A stretch of DNA of 58,927 nt from an uncultured Actinomycetes bacterium (GTDB taxonomy: Bacteria > Actinomycetota > Acidimicrobiia > Spongiisociales > DATADW01): positions 62,001 to 120,927 of the forward strand of contig CAWGRK010000010.1 in the NCBI GenBank assembly GCA_963824995.1, written 5' to 3'. Of the stretch, positions 12,760-23,269 are shown in pieces. How positions within the stretch are numbered: the first letter of the stretch is position 1; each line of letters begins with the position of its first letter. The notes beneath the pieces are model-generated. The model was not told where the DNA came from. It saw nothing but the letters and a program-made list of their open reading frames with translations, and did no database searches. The translations under genes and the position numbers were made by a program.

Positions 12760-12778
12760 GGCCGGTTACGCTGCCGCC

Positions 12779-13030
12779 GTGTTCCTGATTCTCGGTCTCC
12801 TTGTCTTCGGTCTTGCTGTCGGGTGGATCGCTCAACTGGTGCTCGGGATGGGCACCAAGCCGAACGCCCAGTCGCTCATCGCCGGGGTGGCCGGTTCCTT
12901 CGTCGGCGGGATGCTCGCCAGCCTTCTCGCCGGCGACGGATTGGCTCTCCGGCCCAGTGGGCTCATCGGGTCGGTTGTCGGAGCGATCATCGTGCTGCTG
13001 ATCTGGAGGCTCGCGAGCCGCTCTACCTAG
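12779..13030 (+). CDS. GlsB/YeaQ/YmgE family small membrane protein
   Basis: 83 aa hydrophobic; GVAGSFVGG and GLIGSVVGAIIVL motifs. Confidence 0.8.
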   Translation: MFLILGLLVFGLAVGWIAQLVLGMGTKPNAQSLIAGVAGSFVGGMLASLLAGDGLALRPSGLIGSVVGAIIVLLIWRLASRST

Positions 13031-13043
13031 ACGGTCGGTCGGA

Positions 13044-15266
13044 CTACGCCTTCACGAGGGGCGCCCAGGCGAGGAGCAACCGCTTGCGACCCTGGGTGTC
13101 GAACTGCACCTCCGCCTCCGCCTTGTCGCCCTCACCGCTCAAAGCCCGCACCGTGCCCAGTCCCCACTTGTCATGACGGACACGGTCGCCGGGACCGATC
13201 TGCTCGGCGCTCAGCGTCCGTCGTGGTGAGGGGGCCGCAGGCAGATCCTTTCGTTCACGCTTGGGGAGATCCTTGACCAGGTTCGCCGGAACCTCGCGCA
13301 GGAAACGGCTCGGGGGGTTGTAGTTGGTGCCGCCCCACAGGGTGCGGTGCCAGGCGTTGATCAGATAGAGACGGTCCTCGGCCCGGGTCATGCCCACATA
13401 GGCGAGACGTCGCTCCTCCTCCATCTGGTCGGGGTCACCGAGCGAGCGAGGTGGGGGAACACCCCGTCCTCGAGCCCCACGAGGAAAACCACCGGGAACT
13501 CGAGACCCTTGGCGTTGTGCAAGGTCATGAGGGTGACCGATTCCTTGGCCTCCTCGAGATCGTCCACGTCGGAGACCAACGTCACCGTCTCGAGGAACAA
13601 CTCGAGTCGACGGGTGCCACCGAGGTCGTCCCACTCCTCGTCGCCCACCATGGTCCCGGCGCTGATCTCCTCGTACTCCTCGGCGACCGAGAGCAGCTCG
13701 CGCAGGTTCTCCACCCTGCCCAGCGCCTCGACGGTTCGCTCCGCCTCCAACTCGCGCAGGTACCCGGTGTCGTCGAGGACCGCCTGGACCGCCCTCCTCG
13801 GACCCCCTTCTTCGGCCACCGTGGCCAGCGAATCGAGGACCGCCAGGAAATCGGCCACCTGCGAACGCGCCCTGGTGGTCAGTTGGGTCACCTCGGCCGC
13901 TTCGTCGCAGGGCGACGAGAAAGCCGACACCCTCCGACTGGGCGAAACGCTCGATGTGTCCGACGGTGGTGGAGCCGATCCCCGCTTTGGCACGTTGATG
14001 ACCCTCTTCAGCGCCACCTCGTCGGTCGGGTTGACCACGGCCCGCAGGTAGGCGAGCACGTCCTTCACCTCTCTCCGCTCGTAGAAGCGGACGCTCCCCA
14101 CCACGGTGTACGCGATGCCGCGCCGGACCATGACCTCCTCGAGCACCCGGCTCTGTGCATTGGTGCGGTAGAAGACGGCCACCTGACTCAAGCCGGTAGC
14201 CGACGTCCTCGAGGTGGTTGAGCTCGTCGGCCACCATCCCGGCCTCGTCGTGCTCGTCCTCGGCCTGATAGTGGTAGAGCGGCTCGCCCTCACCTCGCTC
14301 GCTCCAGAGATGCTTGGGCTTGCGCTTGGCATTGTTGGCGATGACGGCGTTGGCGGCGTCGAGGATGGTCTCGGTGGACCGGTAGTTCTGGTCGAGGACC
14401 ACCACCCTGGCGTCGGGATAGTCCTTCTCGAACTCGAGGATGTTGCGGATGTCTGCGCCACGAAACCCGTAGACGCTCTGGTCGGAGTCACCCACCACGC
14501 AGAGGTTGCGGTGCTTCTCGGAGAGCCGCCGAAGCAGCATGTACTGGGCATGGTTGGTGTCCTGGTACTCGTCCACCAGCACATGGAGGAATCGGTCCTG
14601 GTACTGGGAGAGGACGTCTGGAAAGGCACCAAAGAGCTCGACCGTCACCATGATCAGATCGTCGAAATCCATCGCCGACGCCTCGAGGAGCCGTTGCTGG
14701 TAGAGCCGGTACACGTCGGCGATCTGCTCGTGGTAGAAGCCGCCTGACTCATCTCGGAAGGTCTCGAAGTCGATCAGCCGGTCCTTGGCGCTCGATATCT
14801 CGGCGCGGATACGGCGTGGGGGAAAGCGCTTCGGGTCGAGGTCGAGATCCCGCACACACATCTCGGTGAGTCGGAGCGAGTCGCCCTCGTCATAGATCGA
14901 GAAGGCGGAGCGGTAACCGAGTCGGTGCGACTCGCGACGCAGGATGCGGACGCACGCCGAATGGAAGGTCGAGACCCACATCGAGCGGACCACTGCACCG
15001 ACCAGTCGGCCCACACGCTCTCGCATCTCGTCCGCCGCCTTGTTGGTGAAGGTGATGGCGAGGACGGCGTGCGGTGGTACCTCGAGGTCGCGGATCAGAT
15101 GGGCGATCCTGTGGGTCAGCACCCGGGTCTTGCCCGACCCGGCTCCAGCCACGACCAGTAGCGGCCCGTCGGTGGCGGCCACAGCCTCGCGCTGGCGCGG
15201 GTTGAGGCCTTCGAAGAGTGGGGAGTCGGCGGGTTGCCGGTCGAGACCGGCCGAGAGTGCCATCAC
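13044..15266 (-). CDS. pcrA: ATP-dependent DNA helicase PcrA/UvrD1 (internal apparent frameshifts)
   Basis: AGAGSGKT Walker A, TFTNKAA, VDEYQD, QNYRST, YRTNAQSR, TLHNAKGLEF, EEERRLAYVGMTRA, C-terminal Tudor-like domain. Confidence 0.95.
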   Translation of the reverse strand: MMALSAGLDRQPADSPLFEGLNPRQREAVAATDGPLLVVAGAGSGKTRVLTHRIAHLIRDLEVPPHAVLAITFTNKAADEMRERVGRLVGAVVRSMWVSTFHSACVRILRRESHRLGYRSAFSIYDEGDSLRLTEMCVRDLDLDPKRFPPRRIRAEISSAKDRLIDFETFRDESGGFYHEQIADVYRLYQQRLLEASAMDFDDLIMVTVELFGAFPDVLSQYQDRFLHVLVDEYQDTNHAQYMLLRRLSEKHRNLCVVGDSDQSVYGFRGADIRNILEFEKDYPDARVVVLDQNYRSTETILDAANAVIANNAKRKPKHLWSERGEGEPLYHYQAEDEHDEAGMVADELNHLEDVGYRLESGGRLLPHQCTEPGARGGHGPARHRVHRGGERPLLRAERGEGRARLPAGRGQPDRRGGAEEGHQRAKAGIGSTTVGHIERFAQSEGVGFLVALRRSGRGDPTDHQGAFAGGRFPGGPRFAGHGGRRRGSEEGGPGGPRRHRVPARVGGGANRRGAGQGGEPARAALGRRGVRGDQRRDHGGRRGVGRPRWHPSTRVVPRDGDVGLRRGRSRGGQGIGHPHDLAQRQGSRVPGGFPRGARGRGVPPPRSLGDPDQMEEERRLAYVGMTRAEDRLYLINAWHRTLWGGTNYNPPSRFLREVPANLVKDLPKRERKDLPAAPSPRRTLSAEQIGPGDRVRHDKWGLGTVRALSGEGDKAEAEVQFDTQGRKRLLLAWAPLVKA

Positions 15267-15510
15267 CAAGGATGGTACCCGAGGACCTCCCCGAGAACTA
15301 CAGGGATGGGATTAGGGGCGGCGGACGGTGGACGGCAGCGAAGACGGCAGACGAGCGGACGGCGGCAGAAGCTGGGGGGAGCCCGAGGGTGGCGGATCCT
15401 CCCGGCCCCCCTTCGGTCTGGGAGGGCCGGCGTGTACGGCCCGACCAGCAGAAGACTGCGCGGCCAGAAGGGGTCGTACGGTTGACTGCCCGGCGGCCTG
15501 CCGTCGGGCA

Positions 15511-16305
15511 CTACACGAGCGGCAGCGAGAAGGAGAATCTCGAGCCGGTGGGGACCCTGGGCTCGTAGGTGACGTCGCCGCCCATGGCGCGGGCGAGGGT
15601 GCGCGATATGGGGAGGCCCAGCCCGATGCCGCTGGTCTGGCCGTGGGTCCGCTCGAAGGGCTCGAAGAGGCGCTCCTCCTCGCCGGGGAGGATGCCGGGC
15701 CCTTCGTCGGCGATGGTGAGCACGAACCTGCCGGATCGAGCCACCCCTTCCACCACGAGGGGTGGACGACCGTGCTTGCGGGCGTTCTCGATCAGGTTGC
15801 GGACGACCTGCTCGACACGGCTCGGGTCGGCCACGACCATCGCCGTCTCGGGCAGGTCGATCTCCACCTTCGACCCCGTCTCCTGGTAGACCGTCTCCGC
15901 AACCTGGCGCACCAGCGGCACCAGGTCCATTTCGACCGGCTCGACCCTGAGACGTCCCGTCTCGGCACCGGGGATGACCATGAGGTCCTCGACCAGGCCC
16001 GAGAGCCGACGACCCTGGCTGGATACGGCGTCGAGGGCGCTGTCCACCTCGGCGGCGGGCAGGTGTCGCCAGCGGTCGCGGACGGTCTCGGACAAGCCGA
16101 CGACGGTCTGCAGCGGTCCGCGCAGGTCGTGAGCCACCATCCCCATCATTTCCTTGGTGAACTCGACTGACCTCCCGGCAGCATCGATCGCCTCCTGCTC
16201 GCGCCGGCGCGCCTGGGAAACGAAGAAGAAGGCGAGCGGGATGCTCACCAGGGCGATGGCGCCAAGGGTCAGCGCGAGCAATTCGACAAACCGAACCAGA
16301 GTCAT
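15511..16305 (-). CDS. Sensor histidine kinase with a single N-terminal TM helix
   Basis: H box AHDLRGPL, N box NLIENARKH, G boxes DEGPGI and GIGLGL. Confidence 0.88.
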   Translation of the reverse strand: MTLVRFVELLALTLGAIALVSIPLAFFFVSQARRREQEAIDAAGRSVEFTKEMMGMVAHDLRGPLQTVVGLSETVRDRWRHLPAAEVDSALDAVSSQGRRLSGLVEDLMVIPGAETGRLRVEPVEMDLVPLVRQVAETVYQETGSKVEIDLPETAMVVADPSRVEQVVRNLIENARKHGRPPLVVEGVARSGRFVLTIADEGPGILPGEEERLFEPFERTHGQTSGIGLGLPISRTLARAMGGDVTYEPRVPTGSRFSFSLPLV

Positions 16306-16365
16306 TTCAGAGCCTCACAAGGACCATCATGGGCGGACGTCCTGGCCTCTGTTATCGGCGTTTGA

Positions 16366-17941
16366 TCACTCCCACTCGATAGTGGCAGGAGGTTTTGATG
16401 AAATGTCGTAGGCGACCCGGTTGACCCCTGGTACCTCGTTGATGACGCGCTTCGATATCTGTTCCAACACCTCGTAAGGGAGCCGGGCCCAGTCGGCCGT
16501 CATGGCGTCGTCACTGGTCACCGCCCGTACGACGATCGGGTACGCGTAGGTCCGCCCGTCCCCCTGGACACCAACGGTGCGCACCGCGGGCAGAACGGCG
16601 AAGGCCTGCCATAGGTCACGTCCCAGCCCGGCCCTCCTGATCTCCTCGACGACGATGGCGTCGGCCGACCTGAGCACCTCGAGTCGCTCAGCGGTGACCT
16701 CGCCGACGACCCTGACCGCTAGTCCCGGGCCGGGAAAAGGTTGTCTCCAGACGATCTCCTCCGGCAACCCGAGCTCCTCGCCAACCGCCCGGACCTCGTC
16801 CTTGAAGAGGTCACGGAGCGGTTCGATGAGTTGGAACGTCATGTCGGCGGGCAGGCCGCCGACGTTGTGATGGCTCTTGATCCTGGCGGCATCGCTGGTG
16901 CCCGATTCGATGACGTCGGGGTACAAGGTCCCCTGAACGAGGAACCGGGCGTCGGCGTGTTCCGCAGCCACTTCCTCGAACACGCGGATGAAGGTCTCAC
17001 CGATCCTCTTCCGCTTCACCTCGGGGTCGCTTACCCCGGCGAGTTGTTCGAGGAAGCGGTCGGCAGCCTTGACGTGGACCAGATCGATGCCGAAATGGCG
17101 CCGAAACGTCTCCTCAACCTGCTCTGCTTCTCCGGCCCGCAGCAATCCGTGATCGACGAATATGCAGGTGAGCTGATCGCCCACCGCCTCGTGGACGATG
17201 GCGGCGGCTACCGCCGAGTCGACCCCACCGGAGAGAGCGCACAGCACCTTCTCGTCGCCGACGGTGCGCCGCACCGAGGCCAATGCTTGCTCGATGATCG
17301 AGTGCGAGGTCCACGTCGGGCGAGCGCCCGCCACGTCGTAGAGGAAGGCGTGGAGGATCTCGCTCCCCCGCGGCGTGTGGGCGACCTCGGGATGGAATTG
17401 GACACCCAGAATCCGGCGTTCGCGGTCCTCCATCGCCGCCACGGGCGAGCCGGCGCTGGCGGCGACCGAGACGAACCCGGCCGGGGGCATGGTGACGGCG
17501 TCGCCATGGCTCATCCAGACTTCGAGCGACTCGGGAAGATTCGTCGAATAGCACCGATCTCCCGGTCACCTGCCAAGTCCGTTCTGCCGTACTCCCCACC
17601 GCCCGTGGAGGCGACCTCCCCGCCCAACTCACTGGCGAGTGAGTTGGTGGCCGTAGCAGATGCCCAGGACCGGTATACCGGTCTCGAATATGCCCGGATC
17701 GACGCGGTATGCGTTCTCGGCGTAGACAGAGAGCGGACCACCCGAGAGAATTACGGCGCTTGGCCGGCGTTGTTCCAGCTCGGATGCGCTGATGGTGCGC
17801 GGCACGATCTCGGAGTGGACGTGGGCCTCGCGCACCCTCCTGGCGATCAACTGGGCGTATTGGGCCCCGAGATCGACCACCAGCACCGTGTCGTGCTGTT
17901 GGTCCGCCTCGGTACTTCCTCTGATCTCCCTCGTCAGGCAT
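16366..17941 (-). CDS. guaA: GMP synthase (apparent frameshifts in the N-terminal part)
   Basis: [55 protein letters not shown]. Confidence 0.96.
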
Positions 17942-17955
17942 AGCGTTCCCCGCGT

Positions 17956-19113
17956 TCAGGCCATTCCGACCCGCTGGGCCCGTTGCAGTGCCTTGCCCTC
18001 GGTCTGCGAGCGACGGAGCCAGCATGACCTCCGCCTTCTGGAACTCCTTCACGTCGGCGTAGCCGGTGGTCGCCATCGACGTCCGCAGCGCTCCGAAGAG
18101 GTTGCGCTTGCCGTCGTTCTCGTGGGCCGGGCCTACCAGAATCTCGGCGAGCGAGCCCAGTTGACCTACCTGCACCCGCGTTCCTCGCGGCAATGTCGGG
18201 TGGAAGGTGGCCATGCCCCAGTGGTAGCCCCTGCCGGGAGACTCGGTAGCTGCTGCCAGCGGCGAACCGAGCATGACCGCGTCGGCGCCGCAGGCTATCG
18301 CCTTGGCCACGTCACCCCCGGTCCGCATCCCGCCGTCGGCGAGGACGTGGACGTAGCGACCCGTCTCGTCGAGGTGGCGGATCCTGGCCCCGGCGGCGTC
18401 GGCGATCGCAGTTGCCTGGGGCACACCGATCCCGAGCACCGCCCGCGTTGTGCACGCTGCCCCGGCCCGACACCAACGAGGATGGCCACCGCACCGGTCC
18501 GCATCAGGTGGAGCGCGGTCGAATAGCTGGCGCACCCGCCAACGACCACCGGTACCTCGCACTCGGCGATGAACTTCTTGAGGTTGAGCGGCTCCACACG
18601 GGTGGAGACGTGCTCGGCGGAGACCACGGTCCCCTGTATCACCAGGATGTCGAGACCTGCCTCGATTGCGAGAGGCGAGAGGTCGGCGACCTTCTGAGGT
18701 GTGAGACTGGCGGCGGTGACCACGCCGGTTTCCTTGATCTCCTCGATGCGCCGCCCGATCAGGTCGGGTTCGATCGGCTGCAGGTAGATCTCCTGCATGC
18801 GCCGGGTCGCCTTCTCTGCGGGGAGTTCGGCGATCTCGTCGTAGTAGGGATTGGGGTCCTCGTAACGTGTCCAGAGCCCTTCGAGGTTGAGCACCCCGAG
18901 ACCTCCGAGGCGGCCGATCGCGGTCGCGGTGTCGGGACTGAGCGCAGAATCCATCGCCGCCCCCAACATCGGCAATTCGAAGCGGAACGCATCGAGTTGC
19001 CAGGAGATATCGATGTCGTCGGGGTCTCGGGTCCGGCGACTGGGGACCACGGCGATGTCGTCGAACCCGAAGGCCTGTCTCGCTGACTTACCGATGCCGA
19101 TATCGATTTCCAC
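17956..19113 (-). CDS. guaB3: GuaB3 family IMP dehydrogenase-related protein (apparent frameshifts)
   Basis: [58 protein letters not shown]; directly upstream of guaA. Confidence 0.9.
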
Positions 19114-19276
19114 CGCTCACCTCCGCCCGAAGTAATTGCCGCTGCGGCCACGGTACCAGTGGGGCCTGACGTCCCCATATCACCGGCGTTGGCTGCCAAA
19201 CCAGGGTTGAGGAGTACCCAGTGCGGTAGCTGCCAACCCTGGGTTGGATACCGCTGCCCTACCTAACCTGGCGGCG

Positions 19277-20025
19277 GTGACCGAACCGGCAACCCCGACA
19301 CCACCCGCGGAGGCGCACCGTCCAGCACTGACCACGCTGAGCGACTTCCTCCTCGTCCTGGCGCTCGGGGTGGCAGCGGCCGTCGTCGCCGCTTTGGCCT
19401 TAGGACCCGAACTCACCCCCTTCGTTGTTTTCGCGGTGATCCTGCCCGCCCAGTACCTGGGGCACATCATCGGGATCGCCTGGGTGCTCCGACAGCGTCA
19501 TGCTGTCCCTGATCGACCTCGGTTTCGAGATCACCGGATCGGATCCGGCCTATCTGCTCCTGGGAATGTTGCTCCAGATCGCCCTCGCCATTCTGGTCCT
19601 ACCGCTCGTCCAGCTGGTCGGTTGCGATGCAGTGGAGAATCCTCAGGAGATCCAGTCGCTGATCGTCGGCGACCTGACCACGTCCGCGCGAGTCGCCCTG
19701 ATGCTGAGCACCGCGCTGCTCGCTCCGGTGGTGGAGGAGTTCATGTTCCGCGGGATGCTGCTCCAGACGACGCTGGCGCAGGTGGGGACGGCGACCGGCA
19801 TTGCTGATCACGTCGGTCGCTTTTGCCGCCCTCCATCTCGTGACGCTCGATCCCAGCCAATTCCTGGCGGCCGCCGTGATCACCCTCCCGCGGTTCTTCA
19901 TCATGGGACTGTGGTGGTACGCCTCGCTGACGCTCCGCAAGGGCCGACTGGGACCGGCGATTTTCACCCACGCCGGTTTCAACCTGATAGGTGTGATCGC
20001 GCTGTTCTTCTCCGCCCCTGGTTGA
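19277..20025 (+). CDS. CPBP/CAAX family intramembrane metalloprotease (apparent frameshifts)
   Basis: APVVEEFMFRG, FAALH and HAGFN motifs; multiple TM segments. Confidence 0.85.
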
Positions 20026-20033
20026 GCGACGGC

Positions 20034-21026
20034 TCACGAGGCGCCCAGCCCGACACGGTTCCTCACCGAGACCATGGTCTCCTCGGCTCGGATACCGCGC
20101 CTCGAGAGCCCCCTGCTGCATCGAACCTCGCCACCTCGCGGTCGTCGAGCGCCAGGTATGAGCGCCGGATCGGAGCGATACCCTCGTCAACCGCCTCGGC
20201 TACTGCCGTCTTGAACGAGCCATACCCACCGTCGTGGTGCTCCCCCACCAGGTCATCTATCGGCTTGCCGGAGAAGAAGGCGAGCAACTCGAGCAGGTTC
20301 GAGATCCCCGGCTTGCGGTCCCAGTCGTACTCGACGTAGCGCTCCGAGTCGGTGACGGCGCTGCGGATGCGGCTCCTGACCGTGTCGGCGTCGTCGAGCA
20401 GCAACACACGTGACGCCGGGTCGGGGTCCGACTTCGACATCTTGGCGGTGGGGTCCTGGAGGGACATCACCCGGGCACCGATGTCGGGTGTGATGCGATC
20501 GGGGACGGGGAACTCGTCCCCAAAGCGGTTGTTGAACCTCTCCGCCAGGTCACGCGTCGAGCTCGAGGTGCTGGGTCTGATCCTCACCAACCGGGACGGC
20601 ATGGACCCGGTGGATCAGGATGTCGGCCGCCATCAGGACCGGATAGGCGAGCAGGCCCAGGTTCTGGCCGGACCGGTCCGACTTCTCCTTGAATTGGGTC
20701 ATCCGCTGCAGCTGGCCGAGACCGGTGATGGTGCCGAGGATCCAGGCCAACTCGGAGTGCTGTGGGACCTGGCTCTGGTAGTAGAGCAACGATCTATGCG
20801 GATCGACTCCCATGGCCAGGAGCATCTTGGCGGTCTCGATCCGGCCCCGCCGCAGGTCCGCCGGGTCGTATGGGACGGTCATCGCGTGCAGGTCGACCAC
20901 GCAATAGACCGTCTCGTATTCCTCCTGCAGAGCCACGTAGTTGCGACCAGCCCCTACGTAGTTGCCGATGTGCACGTTCCCGGTGGGTTGGATCCCCGAG
21001 AACACACGCTTCCGATCGTTCATCAC
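20034..21026 (-). CDS. trpS: Tryptophan--tRNA ligase (apparent frameshifts)
   Basis: FSGIQPTGNVHIGNY, YPVLMAADI, VPVGEDQ, KMSKS. Confidence 0.95.
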
Positions 21027-21036
21027 CCTTCCTCAC

Positions 21037-21063
21037 AAAGAAACCGCCGGGGCCTCCCGGCGG
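21037..21063 (-). terminator. Intrinsic terminator of the trpS leader (attenuator)
   Basis: Minus strand CCGCCGGG-AGGC-CCCGGCGG followed by TTTCTTT, just before the trpS RBS. Confidence 0.8.
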
Positions 21064-21087
21064 ATCGATGTCACGGCGAGGCCCGTT

Positions 21088-21117
21088 CTAGAGGGGAGGC
21101 CACCACCATGCGCACAT
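21088..21117 (-). CDS. Trp-rich leader peptide MCAWWWPPL
   Basis: ATG TGC GCA TGG TGG TGG CCT CCC CTC TAG; TAGGAT -10-like box 6 nt upstream; terminator downstream. Confidence 0.8.
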   Translation of the reverse strand: MCAWWWPPL

Positions 21118-21126
21118 GGTGCGATC

Positions 21127-21869
21127 CTAGTCCGGTGCGAACGGGACCGTCCGGCTGCTCAGCGACCTGCCGGCCACCGATCCGACCGCTCTCGGGAAGA
21201 CGTCGGAGAAGGTGAGCAGCAAGACGAATAGCGCCACGAAACGCTGTCCGGTGATCCACGCCCACACCGCCACCCCTAACCCGACGACGATCGAGATGAC
21301 GCGGAGCGTCACCGCCGACGGCTTGGGCGGGAGGGTGGCGTCGAGGATCCTCGCCAGCATGTGGTGCCCGTCGAGACCGCGGATGGGGACCCAGTTGAAG
21401 ATGCCCCACACGATGCTCACCCAGATGAACACGGCGACACCGAGCGCCAGCAGATCGCCCTGGCCTATGGCGATTCCGATCATCGTCCCGAACGATTCCG
21501 TCGGCCGAGGCTTCGGCGGCGGCCCCGAAGCAGACCCTGACGGGCGGCGAGCCAGACGACCATCCCCGCCACGATCTCGACCGCCGAACCGGCAGCAGAG
21601 ATGATGAACCCCTGCCCGTTGCTGAACGGCGTCGTCGGGACCATGCGGGTGACGCCGCCGAGGGCATAGAGGGTCACCATCGCCTCTCCGGAGAAGCTGC
21701 GCGCCGCCACGGCGTGCCCCAGTTCGTGGATCAGCACGGAGAGGATGGCGACGCCGGTGAACACCGCGATCTCGACCCCTTGGAAGCCGGAATTCCAGGC
21801 AAAGAGGGCGAGCACCAAAGCCGACCAGTGGATCCGAACCGGTATCGGGCCGAGGGCAAACCGCAACAC
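21127..21869 (-). CDS. Site-2 protease (M50) family membrane metalloprotease (one apparent frameshift)
   Basis: IPVRIHWS, LIHELGH, ISAAG, FNWVPIRGLDG. Confidence 0.85.
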
Positions 21870-21975
21870 ACGCCTGATGGTACGAGAGCGCCTCGCTCGC
21901 TCCGCTCGCCGTTGTGGGTAATGGGTTTGGGTAGTGGGTCAGGAACAACAGACGGGGATCCAAGACGATGGAGGC

Positions 21976-22206
21976 TCAGATCGACTGGAGGGCAGAGCGG
22001 GCGGAGGCGAGGTCCTTCTTCTGCACCAGGACGAACACCCCACCCGCTGCGGTCAACTGGGGACTCCAACCACCAGCGTCGTCAGCGCGAATCCGGCTCT
22101 CGACCCCGATCGCACGAAGCTCGCTCACGATGAGCTCTGCATCGAAGCGAGTTGTCAGGTTCCGAACCGGAACCCATTCTGAGTCTGGATCGAAGCCAGC
22201 GGTCAT
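21976..22206 (-). CDS. DUF2007-like small protein
   Basis: 76 aa; AELIVSELRAIGVESRI...GVFVLVQKKDLASARSAL pattern. Confidence 0.65.
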   Translation of the reverse strand: MTAGFDPDSEWVPVRNLTTRFDAELIVSELRAIGVESRIRADDAGGWSPQLTAAGGVFVLVQKKDLASARSALQSI

Positions 22207-22224
22207 CGAACATAGTACTCCCGG

Positions 22225-23269
22225 TCACTTCGTTCTGGTCACCTTACGGAGACCGCGTGGGGCGTCGGGATCGAGGCCGCGGGCATGGGTGAGGTGGTAG
22301 GTGGCCAGCTGGGCAGCGACGATGGTGGGTATCGGCGCCAGCCATTCTGGAACGCCGGGCTGCCAGTTGAACCACCGATCCGGGCAGGCGATGGTCGGGC
22401 CGGTCGTTGAGGACCAGCAGCTCGGCACCACGTTCAGCCACCGACTCGATCAAGTCGTCGACGTCCTCTTCCATCTCCCCGGCGGTTGCGATGGCGAGTA
22501 TCGGGAACCCGGGCTCGACCAGCGCCACCGGGCCGTGGCGAAAATCGGCGGTCGAGTAGGGCTGGGCGAGCACCTGTGAAAGTTCCTGGAGCTTGAGGGC
22601 CCACTCGAAAGCGGTGGCGTGCTGGAAGCCACGGGCCAGGACAGCGCACCGGTCGTCCTCGGCCAGCGGCGCCACCGCTGACTCCAGTTCGCTGGTCCTG
22701 CTCAGCGCCGCCGCCACCTGTCGCGGGAAGCTCGGCGAGACTCGCACCGGGATCGGCCGCCCCGGCCAAGGCCTCCGAGAGCATCGCTACAACTGCAAGC
22801 TGACAGGTGTATGTCTTGGTGGCGGCCACTGCTCTTTCCTCACCGGCTTAGAGCGCGAGCACTTCGTCTGCGGCGGAAGCCATCGGTGAGTCCGGATCGT
22901 TGGTGATGGCGAGCGTGGGCCGGCGCCGCTTCCGCGCCTCCTCGAGCACGGCGACAAGATCGGGCGACTGGCCGGACTGCGAGATCCCAACCACAAGCGC
23001 GCCATCGAGCGATGGTGGCGTGCCGTACATCCCGAAGAGTGAGGGTGCAGCCGACGCCACTGCCATCCCGTTGCGAGCCCCCCATACGTACTGGGCATAG
23101 CGCGCCGCGTTGTCCGAGGTGCCCCGCGCCGCGATCAGCACCCAACCGATGTCCGACCCGTCGATGAGCGCCCCGAGCCGCGAAACCTGGCGGCGGTTCC
23201 CCTCGATCACGGACTCCAACCGCTCCGGCTGTTCGTGGATCTCGTCCCAAAGGGTCGGTCACTGCTCAT
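22225..23269 (-). CDS. SIS-domain sugar-phosphate isomerase/deaminase (GlmS C-terminal-like, probable glucosamine-6-P deaminase; apparent frameshifts)
   Basis: ARGTSDNAA, ISQSGQSPD, AATKTY, EWALKLQE, DFRHGP, DPDAPRGLRKVT; no glutaminase domain; coupled to nagA. Confidence 0.85.

Noticed and set aside
21027..21126. T-box riboswitch upstream of trpS
   Set aside because: Too short, and no T-box consensus or stem I; the leader-peptide attenuator explains it better.
21916..21938. G-quadruplex-like GGGTAATGGGTTTGGGTAGTGGG
   Set aside because: Such motifs are expected by chance in high-GC DNA and there is no further support for function.
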